Assembly: GCA_046498385.1 (NCBI GenBank)
Contig: JAWOAU010000011.1
Coordinates: 4,315 to 68,314, forward strand
DNA from: Thermoplasmata archaeon
GTDB taxonomy: Archaea > Thermoplasmatota > Thermoplasmata > Halarchaeoplasmatales > Halarchaeoplasmataceae
DNA length: 64,000 nt
Reading direction: 5' to 3'
The position numbers were made by a program, and so were the translations under genes. Below, one piece after another: positions 45,550-55,713 of the stretch. Numbering within the stretch: position 1 is the first letter of the stretch; every line of letters begins with the position of its first letter. The notes under the pieces are model-generated. The model was given only the letters and a program-made list of their open reading frames with translations, did not search any database and had not been told where the DNA came from.

Positions 45550-48549
45550 ATGAAAAAAGATGTTTTAATAATCGGCGGCGGAATCTCTGGCGTTCAATCC
45601 GCACTTGACCTGGCCCAGAAGGGTTATGAGGTGGTGCTGGTTGATAAATCTCCTAGTATAGGTGGGAACATGGTGAAATTGGATAAGACTTTTCCTACTA
45701 ACGACTGTTCTATATGCATATCGGCTCCTAAGATGGTGGAAGCCAGCAGGAACGAGAATATTACATTACTGACTTACTCGGAGGTAAAGGAACTTATCGG
45801 CAACGCTGGTGGATTCAAGGTTAAAATCTGGAAGAGAACAAAGTACGTTGACCCCGAGGTCTGCACAGGATGCGGAGACTGCGAAGAGGTCTGTCCGGTG
45901 GAAGTACCGAGCGAGTTCGAGCAGAAATTGTCCGACAGAAAGGCGATTTACGTTGAATTCCCTCAATCGGTTCCCCTCACATACACCCTGGATTACGCAA
46001 ACTGCGTGGGCTGCGGCGCCTGCGAGCGGGTGTGCGATGCCGGGGCCATCAATTTCCTGGAAAACTCAAGGGAGATCGCGATAGAGGTTGGAAGCATAAT
46101 CGTGGCTACGGGTTACGAGATGATGCAGCCCGACGAGTGGAGGGAAGAGTACGGTTACGGTAAATATCCCAATGTGTTAACAGCCATGGAGTACGAGAGA
46201 TTGCTGTCCGCCTCAGGACCCACCGGCGGCAAGGTGCTGAAAAGAAGTGACGGAAAACCCCCGGAGTCGGTCGCGTGGATACAGTGCGTCGGCTCCAGGT
46301 GCAAGCAGAAGGGTATGCCCTACTGTTCAAGGGTATGCTGTATGTACGCTACCAAACAAGCGTCCATAAGCAAGGGAGAGAATCCGGAGCTTGATACTGC
46401 GGTTCACTACATTGATCTTAGGGCTTATGGCAAGGACTTCCAGCAGTACTTTGACAAGGCGAAAAAAGAGGGTGTCAACTATTTAAGGGGCAGGCCGTCT
46501 AGAGTTTACCAGACCGAGGATGGAAGGTTAGCAGTAGAATATGAGGATACTGAAAGGGGAGAAGTCACAACTAACGTCGTCGATATGGTAGTCTTGTCTG
46601 CAGCCATTATACCATCCTACGGAAACCAGAAGTTGGCGGAGATTTTGGATATAGAGTTAGACGAGAACGGTTTCTTCGAATCCAAGGATCTTCTCACTGC
46701 ACCTACGGATTCTACACGGGAAGGTATCTACCTAGCTGGATGTGCCCAAGCACCTAAGGATATTCCCGACAGTGTTGCACAGGCCAGCGGTGCAGCGGCA
46801 CAGGCGATGACCCCTATCAAGAACAGGAAAAGGAAAGGTGTACCAGAGAAAACTCCTGAAAAAGATGTAAGCGCCGAAGGACCGTGCATAGGCGTTATCG
46901 TTTGCGACTGCGGAAAGAATATAGCTAACTATATCGACGTTCCGGATGTAGTGGAGAGAATAAAGGATTGGCCGGGTGTTGTCCACGTTGAAGAGACCAT
47001 GTTCGCATGCTCTGAAGACTCGCAGACGAGAATCAAAGAGATGATCGAAGAAAAGAACCTGAACAGGCTGGTGATAGCGGCATGTTCGCCGACCACCCAC
47101 GGACCACTTTTCCAAGATACCTTGGAAGAAGCCGGATTGAACCGCTACCTTTTCGAGATGGCAAATATAAGAAATCAGTGCAGCTGGGTTCATAGTCATG
47201 ATGTCGAAAAAGCCACTGATAAAGCAGAGATCTTGACAGAGATGGCAGTCGAGAAGGTGAAGAATTTAAGTCCCTTGGAAGAGCAGACCATCGAGATCAG
47301 AGACCGGTCGATAATCATAGGGGGAGGTGTTGCGGGGATGCAAACTGCGCTGAGCCTTGCGGATTCCAGCATCAAAGTTACCTTGATAGAGAGGGAAGAA
47401 AAACTCGGGGGTAAATTGAACACGTTGAATACGCTTTTCCCAACCGATATCGATGCCCAGGAATTAGCTGACAAGCTTATACATCTCGTGGGGGACAGCG
47501 ATAATATCAGGGTGATGACAAATGCCAACATCGAAGCTATCGACGGGTACATAGGCAATTATGAAGTGCAGGTAGATGGAGAGACGATAGATGGGGACAC
47601 GATAATCCTAACCACTGGATTCCAGGAGATCGATCCAACTGATTTCTATCACTACGGTGATGACGACCGGATAATGACACAGCTGGAACTCGACCGGGCT
47701 CTTCAAAGGGACGAATTGAAAGACCCGAAAAATGTCGTTTTCATCAACTGTGTAGGTGCCATGGAAGAAGAAAGACCGTGGTGCTGTCGTGTAGGATGCG
47801 GGAACTCACTGAAGAACGCCAAAGCGATCAAAGAGAAATATCCAGATTCAAACGTTTACATCATGTACAAAGACATGAGGGTGTTCGGTAAAAGGGAAGA
47901 GGAGTACTACATGGACGTTTCAGAGAAGGACGGGGTCATCTTTCTTCGATACTCGACGGAGAATAAACCCGATGTCACTGTTGGAGAAGATCAGCTCGAC
48001 ATCAAAGTTTATGACAACCTTTTGGATGAGGACTTGGAGATAGATGCGGATTATCTTGTTCTCGCTATGCAACTCGAAGGTGACAAGAGCGCAAGAGAGC
48101 TCAAAAAGATGTTGAAGATCTCTTCTAATCCAGCGAACTTTTACATGGAGGCACACGCCAAACTAAGGCCTTTAGAATTCCCTGCCGAAGGTGTTTATCT
48201 GGCAGGTGGGGCACACTATCCAAAAAACATCTCGGATACTTTGGCTCAAGCCCTAGGAGCCGCTTCGAAGGCTTCGATCCCTATGATGAAGGGGTTCACT
48301 AAAAGTGAAGGCATAACTGCAGTCGTTGACGAAGACACCTGCATGGGATGCAGATTGTGTATAGATGTGTGCCCCTTCGGATCCATCGATTTCAACGAAG
48401 AAAAAGGTGTTGCAAAAGTTACTCCCGTTCTTTGTAAGGGGTGCGGGCTCTGTACTGCTACATGCCGTTCAGGTTCTATACAACAGAAGGGGTTTACGGA
48501 TAACCAGATACTTTCTATGATCAAAAATGCCACCAAAGGGGCGACTTAA
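45550..48549 (+). CDS. hdrA: Heterodisulfide reductase subunit A, a double-length (999 aa) form with two complete FAD-binding HdrA modules and ferredoxin-like domains
   Basis: The first module begins [24 protein letters not shown] and includes ...CxxCxxCxxxCP. The second begins at about residue 590 with [19 protein letters not shown]...GGKL, followed by [12 protein letters not shown] and [11 protein letters not shown]. Confidence 0.9.
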   Translation: MKKDVLIIGGGISGVQSALDLAQKGYEVVLVDKSPSIGGNMVKLDKTFPTNDCSICISAPKMVEASRNENITLLTYSEVKELIGNAGGFKVKIWKRTKYVDPEVCTGCGDCEEVCPVEVPSEFEQKLSDRKAIYVEFPQSVPLTYTLDYANCVGCGACERVCDAGAINFLENSREIAIEVGSIIVATGYEMMQPDEWREEYGYGKYPNVLTAMEYERLLSASGPTGGKVLKRSDGKPPESVAWIQCVGSRCKQKGMPYCSRVCCMYATKQASISKGENPELDTAVHYIDLRAYGKDFQQYFDKAKKEGVNYLRGRPSRVYQTEDGRLAVEYEDTERGEVTTNVVDMVVLSAAIIPSYGNQKLAEILDIELDENGFFESKDLLTAPTDSTREGIYLAGCAQAPKDIPDSVAQASGAAAQAMTPIKNRKRKGVPEKTPEKDVSAEGPCIGVIVCDCGKNIANYIDVPDVVERIKDWPGVVHVEETMFACSEDSQTRIKEMIEEKNLNRLVIAACSPTTHGPLFQDTLEEAGLNRYLFEMANIRNQCSWVHSHDVEKATDKAEILTEMAVEKVKNLSPLEEQTIEIRDRSIIIGGGVAGMQTALSLADSSIKVTLIEREEKLGGKLNTLNTLFPTDIDAQELADKLIHLVGDSDNIRVMTNANIEAIDGYIGNYEVQVDGETIDGDTIILTTGFQEIDPTDFYHYGDDDRIMTQLELDRALQRDELKDPKNVVFINCVGAMEEERPWCCRVGCGNSLKNAKAIKEKYPDSNVYIMYKDMRVFGKREEEYYMDVSEKDGVIFLRYSTENKPDVTVGEDQLDIKVYDNLLDEDLEIDADYLVLAMQLEGDKSARELKKMLKISSNPANFYMEAHAKLRPLEFPAEGVYLAGGAHYPKNISDTLAQALGAASKASIPMMKGFTKSEGITAVVDEDTCMGCRLCIDVCPFGSIDFNEEKGVAKVTPVLCKGCGLCTATCRSGSIQQKGFTDNQILSMIKNATKGAT

Positions 48550-48550
48550 T

Positions 48551-48991
48551 ATGGGGGATGAAAATAAAATAGGAAATTGGGACCCGGTCATCGTCGGTTT
48601 CTGCTGTAACTGGTGCAGTTACGCCGGTGCAGATCTCGCAGGAACATCTAGAGAGCAGTACCCACCGAATATCAGGGTTATCAAGGTCATGTGCTCGGGC
48701 AGGATAAGTCCGGAATTTATTTTGAAGACGTTCCAGGAAGGGGCAGACGGCGTGCTGGTTTCTGGCTGCCATCCGGGAGATTGCCACTACATAGAAGGGA
48801 ATTACTACACTCGAAGAAGGCTGACCATCCTTTGGGATTTCCTAGATTACATGGGTATAGAACCAGAAAGACTTAAGCTATCATGGATATCGGCAGCCGA
48901 GGGCAAAAAATTCGCAAACGTTGTTGAGGAGTTCACTGACAAGGTGAGAGAACTAGGACCGCAGAAAAAACTACGGAAAGGGGTAGAATGA
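48551..48991 (+). CDS. mvhD: MvhD/FlxD-like delta subunit ([2Fe-2S] electron-transfer partner of HdrA)
   Basis: The motifs [19 protein letters not shown] ... KVMCSGRI...[10 protein letters not shown] match MvhD. The protein is 146 aa. Confidence 0.85.
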   Translation: MGDENKIGNWDPVIVGFCCNWCSYAGADLAGTSREQYPPNIRVIKVMCSGRISPEFILKTFQEGADGVLVSGCHPGDCHYIEGNYYTRRRLTILWDFLDYMGIEPERLKLSWISAAEGKKFANVVEEFTDKVRELGPQKKLRKGVE

Positions 48992-49872
48992 CCAGAGATT
49001 ACGAAAAGATAGAAGAAGAGATAAAAGAACAGGCGAAGGAGTGGCTGGAAAACGACGACGTGAATTACCTTATAGGATATGAAAAGGGGTCCGACCCACT
49101 CATCGCGAGACCAGTCTTCATCAGAACTCCAGAAGATGCAGACAGGTTAGTATGGAATCAGGGATGCGTCAACAACCTCACGAGATTTTTGGTCGAGAAC
49201 ATAAGGAAAGAGAAGGACACCACAATCGGTATAGTCGTGAAACCGTGCGACTCCAAAGCGATCGTCGAACTGATCAAGGAGAACGTTCTACCAAGAGAAA
49301 GAATGAAGATAATAGGCGTTACATGTGAAGGCATGATAGATAAGGACAAGGAAGAGGACGATACCTTGGCAGATAAGTGTCAGGTCTGTACAACTCATAA
49401 TCCAGTTATAGCCGATGTTGTCTTTGGCCCCGAAGTCGAGGAAGATTTTACAGATGAATATCAAGATATACAGGACATCGAAGAGATGGATGTTGAGGAG
49501 AGATGGGAGTACTGGGAAGATCAACTTTCCAAGTGCATACGCTGCTATGCGTGCAGAGACGTATGCCCAATGTGCTATTGTGAGGAATGTGTTTTCGAGC
49601 GTGAGAAACCACATCGATGGCTGGACAAGAGCGTTACGAAAGAAGATAATTTTTTCTACCACATGATAAGAGCGTTGCACCTTGCGGGTCGATGTATAGA
49701 CTGCGGTGAGTGCGAGAGGGTCTGTCCCATGGACATCCCTATAAGAAAGATGAACAGGATATTGGAGAAATGTGTGAAAAAGAGATTCGATTTGAAACCA
49801 GGTATGGATGTGGATGATAAAAGTCTGTTCGGTTCTTATGATAAAGATGATCCAGAGGAGGTCATTGTATAG
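48988..49872 (+). CDS. Iron-sulfur cluster-binding protein (FlxC/FrhB-like) with two 4Fe-4S ferredoxin motifs
   Basis: The motifs [16 protein letters not shown] and [12 protein letters not shown] are present. The protein is 294 aa and overlaps mvhD by ATGA. Confidence 0.6.
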   Translation: MTRDYEKIEEEIKEQAKEWLENDDVNYLIGYEKGSDPLIARPVFIRTPEDADRLVWNQGCVNNLTRFLVENIRKEKDTTIGIVVKPCDSKAIVELIKENVLPRERMKIIGVTCEGMIDKDKEEDDTLADKCQVCTTHNPVIADVVFGPEVEEDFTDEYQDIQDIEEMDVEERWEYWEDQLSKCIRCYACRDVCPMCYCEECVFEREKPHRWLDKSVTKEDNFFYHMIRALHLAGRCIDCGECERVCPMDIPIRKMNRILEKCVKKRFDLKPGMDVDDKSLFGSYDKDDPEEVIV

Positions 49873-49873
49873 G

Positions 49874-50917
49874 ATGAGTGATACAGTGAATTATGTCCTA
49901 AAAAAAGAGGATTTAACTGACTTCCTGAGTTCATTTTCAGATTATAAAGTTGTTCTGCCCGTAAAAAAGGACGGAGCAGTCAAGTTTAGAACGTACGATG
50001 GCGAAGGGCCTGATTTGGAAGTTGGGCCCACACAAAAATCATGCAAAGAAGTCTTCTTCCCACAGACGGAAAAGATGTTCGACTTTAAAAGAGAAAGGAA
50101 CAGATTCGTCGGGACGGAAGAAGTAAATTTTGAGCCTGAAAAAACCCTCCTATTTGGTGTAAGGCCCTGCGATGCCAGGGCGATGACACAATTGGACAAA
50201 GTTTTCGGAGAAGACTACAGGGATAACTACTATATGGATCGAAGGGAAAAAACAACTATCATCTCCGTAGGATGTGAAGAATCCGCTAAGAACTGTTTTT
50301 GTACATCCGTGGGTGGTGGACCTCATACCGAGGAGGGCTCTGATATGCTCTGGACAGACATAGGCGACAGCTACCATGTTGAGATTCTCACCGAGAAAGG
50401 TGAGGAGATAGTCAAGAACACCGAGGATTTCTTGGACAAGGCATCCAAGGAAGATGAAAAGAAATCGGAAAAAGTGAAGGAGGATGCGGTGGATAAGATA
50501 AATAGATCACTGGATACTGATGGCCTACAGGATGCCCTAGAAGACGTGTTCGAAAACGATTACTGGGAGCAGGTAGCAGATAGGTGCATAGGCTGCGGTA
50601 TCTGCACGCTATTGTGTCCTACTTGTTACTGCTTCGATATCAACGATATTATAGTTGGAGATAAGGGGTGGAGAGAACGCAACTGGGACTCTTGTCAATT
50701 CGATTATTATTCCATACACGCTTCGGGATACAACCCGAGACCCGAGAAAAAGCACAGGCTGAGAAACAGATTGTATCACAAGTACCTATATATGCCTAAG
50801 AATATCGACGTGATCGGCTGTGTTGGATGCGGGAGATGCATAACGAATTGTCCCACGGACATAGACATAATCGAGGTACTGGAACAGGTGGAGGAGGTGA
50901 GTAGCGATGGAAAATGA
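49874..50917 (+). CDS. AsrA/HydB-like 4Fe-4S subunit (sulfhydrogenase-beta / anaerobic sulfite reductase A family)
   Basis: The motifs CIGCGICTLLCPTCYC and CVGCGRCITNCP are present. The track ORF starts at 49808. The likely start is MSDTVNY at 49874. Confidence 0.65.
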   Translation: MSDTVNYVLKKEDLTDFLSSFSDYKVVLPVKKDGAVKFRTYDGEGPDLEVGPTQKSCKEVFFPQTEKMFDFKRERNRFVGTEEVNFEPEKTLLFGVRPCDARAMTQLDKVFGEDYRDNYYMDRREKTTIISVGCEESAKNCFCTSVGGGPHTEEGSDMLWTDIGDSYHVEILTEKGEEIVKNTEDFLDKASKEDEKKSEKVKEDAVDKINRSLDTDGLQDALEDVFENDYWEQVADRCIGCGICTLLCPTCYCFDINDIIVGDKGWRERNWDSCQFDYYSIHASGYNPRPEKKHRLRNRLYHKYLYMPKNIDVIGCVGCGRCITNCPTDIDIIEVLEQVEEVSSDGK

Positions 50918-51854
50918 TTCACCATACAGACCATTCACCGCAACACTCATAGATATCAGGTTGGAGTGCGGTGGAGAAAGACCCATAAGAACCTTTAGAT
51001 TGGAAATAGATGATGAAGAAGCAAAAGAAAATTTTGATTACAAGCCAGGTCAGTTCGTGATGGTTTCCGTGTTCGGAGAAGGAGAATCTCCATTCGCGCT
51101 GTCATCCCCCCCTACCGATGAGGTACTCGAGGTCACAGTGATGAGGGTTGGTAATGTGACAACTAGTCTCCATTCGTTGAACGTAGGAGACAAGGTAGGT
51201 ATTAGAGGGCCCTACGGAAATGGTTTCCCAGTGGGGGAATGGGAAGGTAAGAACTTGGTTTTCATCGGTGCAGGTATAGGTATAGCGCCCCTTCGCTCGG
51301 TATATGGTTATGTTCTCAGTGATGAACATCGGGACAAATTTGGAGATGTGAACCTTATTTACGGTGCCAGGAGCATAAACGATATGGCTTACAAGGACCA
51401 ACTAGAGGAGTTGGGCGGAAGAAACGACTTAGAGCTCTGGAGATGCATAGATTGGAACTTCGGTGAAGAAGGCATCATCAAAGAGTGTGCTGAAGAGGGA
51501 TGGGAACCGGTCGATCTAGATTATAAGGAAGAGACGAGGACTTGTTCACTCGATAACTGCTACACTGCGTTCGTTCCAGAGCTGGTGAGAATCGTAGAAC
51601 CGGATCCCGAGAACACCATAGCACTTACATGCGGTCCACCCATAGCTATCAAACTCACCCTAAAAGCCTTGATGGATTTGGGTTGGCAGCCTTCAAATGT
51701 TTACACTACTTTGGAGAACCGGATGAAATGCGGTATAGGTAAATGCGGCCGGTGCAACATAGGGAACAAGTACGTTTGTAAGGATGGGCCAGTCTTCAAT
51801 TATGAAGAGCTGATGGAGATGAAACCGGAGAACGAAGTCACCGAGGAGGCCTAG
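50907..51854 (+). CDS. AsrB/HydG/PyrK-like FAD- and NAD(P)H-binding subunit with a C-terminal 2Fe-2S
   Basis: The FAD/NAD ferredoxin-reductase fold is indicated by RTFRLEID...PGQFVMVS...GPYGNGF...VFIGAGIGIAP. The C-terminal cysteines are CGIGKCGRC...C. Confidence 0.7.
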   Translation: MENDSPYRPFTATLIDIRLECGGERPIRTFRLEIDDEEAKENFDYKPGQFVMVSVFGEGESPFALSSPPTDEVLEVTVMRVGNVTTSLHSLNVGDKVGIRGPYGNGFPVGEWEGKNLVFIGAGIGIAPLRSVYGYVLSDEHRDKFGDVNLIYGARSINDMAYKDQLEELGGRNDLELWRCIDWNFGEEGIIKECAEEGWEPVDLDYKEETRTCSLDNCYTAFVPELVRIVEPDPENTIALTCGPPIAIKLTLKALMDLGWQPSNVYTTLENRMKCGIGKCGRCNIGNKYVCKDGPVFNYEELMEMKPENEVTEEA

Positions 51855-51867
51855 GGGTTGAATTAAC

Positions 51868-52254
51868 ATGAAAGTGAAAAGAGATAAGGAATTTCTTGAT
51901 AAAGTAGAAGAACTGTCAGGACAGTCAGTCACTTCTTGTATCCGATGCGGGACTTGTTCTGCTGGATGTCCTTTTGTGGAGGAAATGGACGAACTACCAG
52001 AGAGAGTATTCGAAAGGATAATCCTCGGTGACAAAGAAGGGGTGTTGGAGAGGAACACCATGTGGATATGTGCAGCGTGCTTCCAGTGCAGCGTGAGATG
52101 CCCGAGGGATATCGATATCGCCAAGATCATGGAAGCAGTAAGACAGATCACGTTAAGAAAAAACATCGATAAAGTAGATTTAGATCATGTGGAAAATATG
52201 GCTGAACTACCGCAGCTCGCTGTAGTTGGCTGCTTCAGGAAGGAGACTGGATAA
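51868..52254 (+). CDS. hdrC: Heterodisulfide reductase subunit C-like (2x4Fe-4S)
   Basis: The motifs CIRCGTCSAGCP and CAACFQCSVRCP are present. The protein is 128 aa and lies immediately upstream of hdrB. Confidence 0.8.
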   Translation: MKVKRDKEFLDKVEELSGQSVTSCIRCGTCSAGCPFVEEMDELPERVFERIILGDKEGVLERNTMWICAACFQCSVRCPRDIDIAKIMEAVRQITLRKNIDKVDLDHVENMAELPQLAVVGCFRKETG

Positions 52255-52255
52255 C

Positions 52256-53110
52256 ATGGACGGGGATGCACTGTTGTACTATCCAGGATGTACGCTAAAG
52301 ACAAAGGCCAGCGATTACGAACAGAGCGCTATGGCGGTCATGGAAGCTCTGGGGAAACCGTTGGTCGAGATGGATAACTGGTACTGTTGTGGAGCCGTCC
52401 AATCGTTGACCACCGATGATATCATGCACCAGATCGCACCGATAAGAACAATGTGCTGTGCACAGGAACAGGGTGAGAAAGAAGTCATCACGCTGTGTGA
52501 TATGTGCTACAACGTTCTAAAACAGGCTAACGAGAGGATGAAGGATAAACCGGATGACCTGGAAACAATGAACGAGTTCCTGACCGAGGATTCGGATTAC
52601 GAAGGTAACGTAGATGTAAAACACCTTTTCCAGATATTGATCGATATGAAGGACGAGATCAAGAAGCGGGTTACCAAACCATTGGATAATCTAAAAGTGG
52701 CTACTTACTACGGCTGCATGCTGTTAAGACCGGACATTGTCGCCATCGACGGCCCTGAGAACCCGACTATCATGGGAGATCTGCTGGAGTGCACTGGTGC
52801 ACAGGTGATCAGAACCCCGAAGAGGACAGAATGCTGTGGATCGTATCACACGGTAAACAGGAGCGATATCGTTGAAAAGAGGGTGGAAGATATCGTGGGC
52901 AGGGCCGTGGAGGAGGGGGCAGAAGCCATCGTGCTTTCGTGCCCCTTGTGCCAGTTCAACCTTGACTTTCACCAAAGGGCTACCGAATACGAGATACCGG
53001 TCTTTTACCTGACCGAACTGATAACCCTCTCATTTGGATTGGATGTAGAGATGAAGAAACATAAGGTCGACCCGAAAAAATTACTAAAGGATAAGGATAT
53101 TTTGGAGTGA
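52256..53110 (+). CDS. hdrB: Heterodisulfide reductase subunit B-like (two CCG domains)
   Basis: The segments YYPGCTLKT...WYCCGA and YYGCMLLRP...ECCGS are present. The track ORF starts at 52226. Confidence 0.85.
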   Translation: MDGDALLYYPGCTLKTKASDYEQSAMAVMEALGKPLVEMDNWYCCGAVQSLTTDDIMHQIAPIRTMCCAQEQGEKEVITLCDMCYNVLKQANERMKDKPDDLETMNEFLTEDSDYEGNVDVKHLFQILIDMKDEIKKRVTKPLDNLKVATYYGCMLLRPDIVAIDGPENPTIMGDLLECTGAQVIRTPKRTECCGSYHTVNRSDIVEKRVEDIVGRAVEEGAEAIVLSCPLCQFNLDFHQRATEYEIPVFYLTELITLSFGLDVEMKKHKVDPKKLLKDKDILE

Positions 53111-53117
53111 GATTGGT

Positions 53118-53834
53118 ATGCCTGAAGATGAAGAGAAAGATAAAGAAGAGGAAGAAAATCTAATCGACATATACGTCATGGGTAAGAGGTACAAAGTACC
53201 CGAAGGACTCACTATCATGACTGCGCTCGAGTATGCAGGATACAAGTTCGTACGTGGATGTGGTTGCAGAGGAGGTTTCTGCGGAGCGTGTGCCACGGTC
53301 TACAGGAGTAAGGACGAGTACAAGTTGAAGATGGATTTAGCGTGTCAAACGGCAGTCGAGGAGGGAATGTTCTTGGTGCAGCTACCCTTCGTTCCTGGTG
53401 TCAGGGAAGAATATGACATCGATGAAGTGAATCCTGAGAAAAGGGACAACGTGATGTTGGAGTACTATCCTGAGATCGCCAGGTGCGTATCCTGCAATAC
53501 CTGCACAAAATCTTGTCCACAAGATATCGAAGTGATGGATTACGTACAGGCAGCGCTACGAGGGGATATCGAAAGATGTGCAGATCTATCGTTCGATTGT
53601 ATCCAATGCGGTTTATGCTCTATAAGATGTCCCGCAGATATCAAACATTATCATCTCGCACAGCTTGCTAGGAGGATAACTGGCAAGTATATTGACAAGG
53701 ACAGTGAAGAACTTGAGAAGAGGGTTAAAGAGATCGAGGAAGGAAAGTTCGATAAAGATTTCGAAAAATTGGTCAACATGAGCGAAGAGGAGTTGAAGAA
53801 AGCCTATGACGAGAGAAAATTCGAAAAGGAGTGA
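53118..53834 (+). CDS. Succinate dehydrogenase / fumarate reductase iron-sulfur subunit (SdhB/TfrB-like; 2Fe-2S plus 4Fe-4S/3Fe-4S)
   Basis: The 2Fe-2S segment is RGCGCRGGFCGACA. The motifs CVSCNTCTKSCP and CIQCGLCSIRCP are also present. Confidence 0.75.
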   Translation: MPEDEEKDKEEEENLIDIYVMGKRYKVPEGLTIMTALEYAGYKFVRGCGCRGGFCGACATVYRSKDEYKLKMDLACQTAVEEGMFLVQLPFVPGVREEYDIDEVNPEKRDNVMLEYYPEIARCVSCNTCTKSCPQDIEVMDYVQAALRGDIERCADLSFDCIQCGLCSIRCPADIKHYHLAQLARRITGKYIDKDSEELEKRVKEIEEGKFDKDFEKLVNMSEEELKKAYDERKFEKE

Positions 53835-55492
53835 TCACGATGGCTGACGGTTATCCAGAATATATGAGAAAATCCATTGAAAAAGTAGAAAAAACGAGAC
53901 CTGATAGGATCGGTAAGACCTTCGAAAGGATGTCAGCTGAACAGGCTGATGAGACGCTTCATAACTTCCATCCCGATTATAGAGAAGGTGGAAAAAGAGA
54001 AATTAAAATAGGGCCCAGTAAGGGTGAGATCGGTCCGACAGAACTTGTAGATCTCCTGGAGGCTCACAGCCTCATCGCCCCTTCTGATATAGATCTGTCA
54101 CAGGTAGATCACGATGTCGATATACTGGTCATCGGAGGCGGGGGTGCAGGTACAGTTTCAGCTCTCTGGGCTGTAAAAGAAGGCATCAAACCGGAGAATA
54201 TACTAATATCTACAAAACTCAGACACGGTGATGCAAACAGCATGATGGCACAAGGAGGGATTCAAGCTGCTGATAAGAAAGATGATTCACCTGTACAGCA
54301 TTACTTAGATGCCATGGGAGGAGGGCACTACACGAACAAACCCGAACTAGTAAAGATACTGACCAGAGATGCACCGAAGATAATCCACTGGCACGAAGAA
54401 CTTGGAGTGATGTACGATAGGGACGAAGATGGTAATTTTATCGAATTGCCCGGTGGTGGAACATCTAGGTACAGATTACACTCTGCTAGAGATTATACCG
54501 GTCTTGAACTGATGAGGGTCATCAGGGATGAAGCTAGGAATTTAGAGATTCCTGTATTGGAGTTCACCCCAGCGGTAGAACTCCTTAAGGATGATAAAGG
54601 TCAGGTGGCCGGTGCGATCCTGATGAATTTGGAGACCAATGAATACTACGTCGTCAAAGCAAAGTCAACAGTTATGGCAACTGGTGGTTTCGGTAGACTG
54701 CACATACAATCATATCCTACGACAAACCATTATGGCGCCACCGGAGATGGTCTCATAATGGGCTACAAAGCTGGCATCCCCTTGAGAGATATGGACAGCG
54801 TTCAATATCATCCAACTGGTGCAGCTTATCCAGACCAGATAGTAGGGCTTCTTGTTACAGAAAAGGTTAGAAGTCTAGGTGGTCAACCAGTGAATAAACA
54901 CGGAGAACTGTTCGTGAATCCTCTCGAACCTAGGGATATCGAAGCATCTGCACTTATCAGGGAATGCTACGGAAGAGATAACGGTGTAACAACACCTACG
55001 GGGATGAAAGGTGTCTGGCTTGATGCTCCGTTGATAGATGAGATCAAGGGTGAAGGAACGGTAGCTGAAAGGCTCCCCGCTATGGTAAGACAGTATGAGA
55101 GGTTCGGAATCGACATGACAAAGGATCCAATATTGGTATTTCCCACACTTCACTATCAAAACGGCGGTTTAGTGATCGATACAAACGCATCTACACCTGT
55201 ACCAGGATTGTTTGCTGGTGGTGAGGTAGAAGGTGGTGTCCACGGGAAGAACAGACTGATGGGTAATTCTCTGTTGGACTACAGCGTATTCGGTAGGATA
55301 GCAGGTATCAGTGCTGCTAAGCACGTTAAGAAAGCAAAGATTGGTAAGCTGAGCCTCCAACACATAACGGATTACGAAAAAGAGATGGAGAAGAACGGGA
55401 TAAAAACGGATAGAGAATCGCCTATGCTTCTGCCGGAGTACAGAGGTAAGAGAGTATTAGAAAGGCACCTCGATGTAGAGGTGACCCTGTAG
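53831..55492 (+). CDS. Fumarate reductase / succinate dehydrogenase flavoprotein subunit (SdhA/TfrA-like)
   Basis: The dinucleotide fold is DILVIGGGGAGTVSALWA. The covalent/FAD region QGGIQAA and the conserved HYQNGG are present. The protein is 553 aa. Confidence 0.85.
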   Translation: MITMADGYPEYMRKSIEKVEKTRPDRIGKTFERMSAEQADETLHNFHPDYREGGKREIKIGPSKGEIGPTELVDLLEAHSLIAPSDIDLSQVDHDVDILVIGGGGAGTVSALWAVKEGIKPENILISTKLRHGDANSMMAQGGIQAADKKDDSPVQHYLDAMGGGHYTNKPELVKILTRDAPKIIHWHEELGVMYDRDEDGNFIELPGGGTSRYRLHSARDYTGLELMRVIRDEARNLEIPVLEFTPAVELLKDDKGQVAGAILMNLETNEYYVVKAKSTVMATGGFGRLHIQSYPTTNHYGATGDGLIMGYKAGIPLRDMDSVQYHPTGAAYPDQIVGLLVTEKVRSLGGQPVNKHGELFVNPLEPRDIEASALIRECYGRDNGVTTPTGMKGVWLDAPLIDEIKGEGTVAERLPAMVRQYERFGIDMTKDPILVFPTLHYQNGGLVIDTNASTPVPGLFAGGEVEGGVHGKNRLMGNSLLDYSVFGRIAGISAAKHVKKAKIGKLSLQHITDYEKEMEKNGIKTDRESPMLLPEYRGKRVLERHLDVEVTL

Positions 55493-55494
55493 GG

Positions 55495-55713
55495 TTGACA
55501 CTGATGATAGAAGTAAATGAGGATTACTGTAAAGGATGCAACCTGTGCATATTGTTCTGCCCTAGGGATGCACTCGAGGAGAGTGAAGAATTGAACAAAA
55601 AAGGAGTTCATCAACCAGTGGAGATAGAAGGTAGATGCAACAACTGCAGATTGTGTGAATTGATATGTCCGGACTTTGCTATTACGGTTGTTGAGGATGA
55701 AGAAGATGAATGA
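55495..55713 (+). CDS. 2-oxoacid:ferredoxin oxidoreductase delta subunit (ferredoxin-like), second OFOR locus
   Basis: The motifs CKGCNLCILFCP and CNNCRLCELICP are present. The protein is 72 aa. Confidence 0.75.
   Translation: MTLMIEVNEDYCKGCNLCILFCPRDALEESEELNKKGVHQPVEIEGRCNNCRLCELICPDFAITVVEDEEDE

Noticed and set aside
45550-48549. A possible selenocysteine (in-frame TGA) in HdrA, as in some methanogens
   Set aside because: The 999-codon frame has no internal TGA, and Cys is encoded at the relevant positions.
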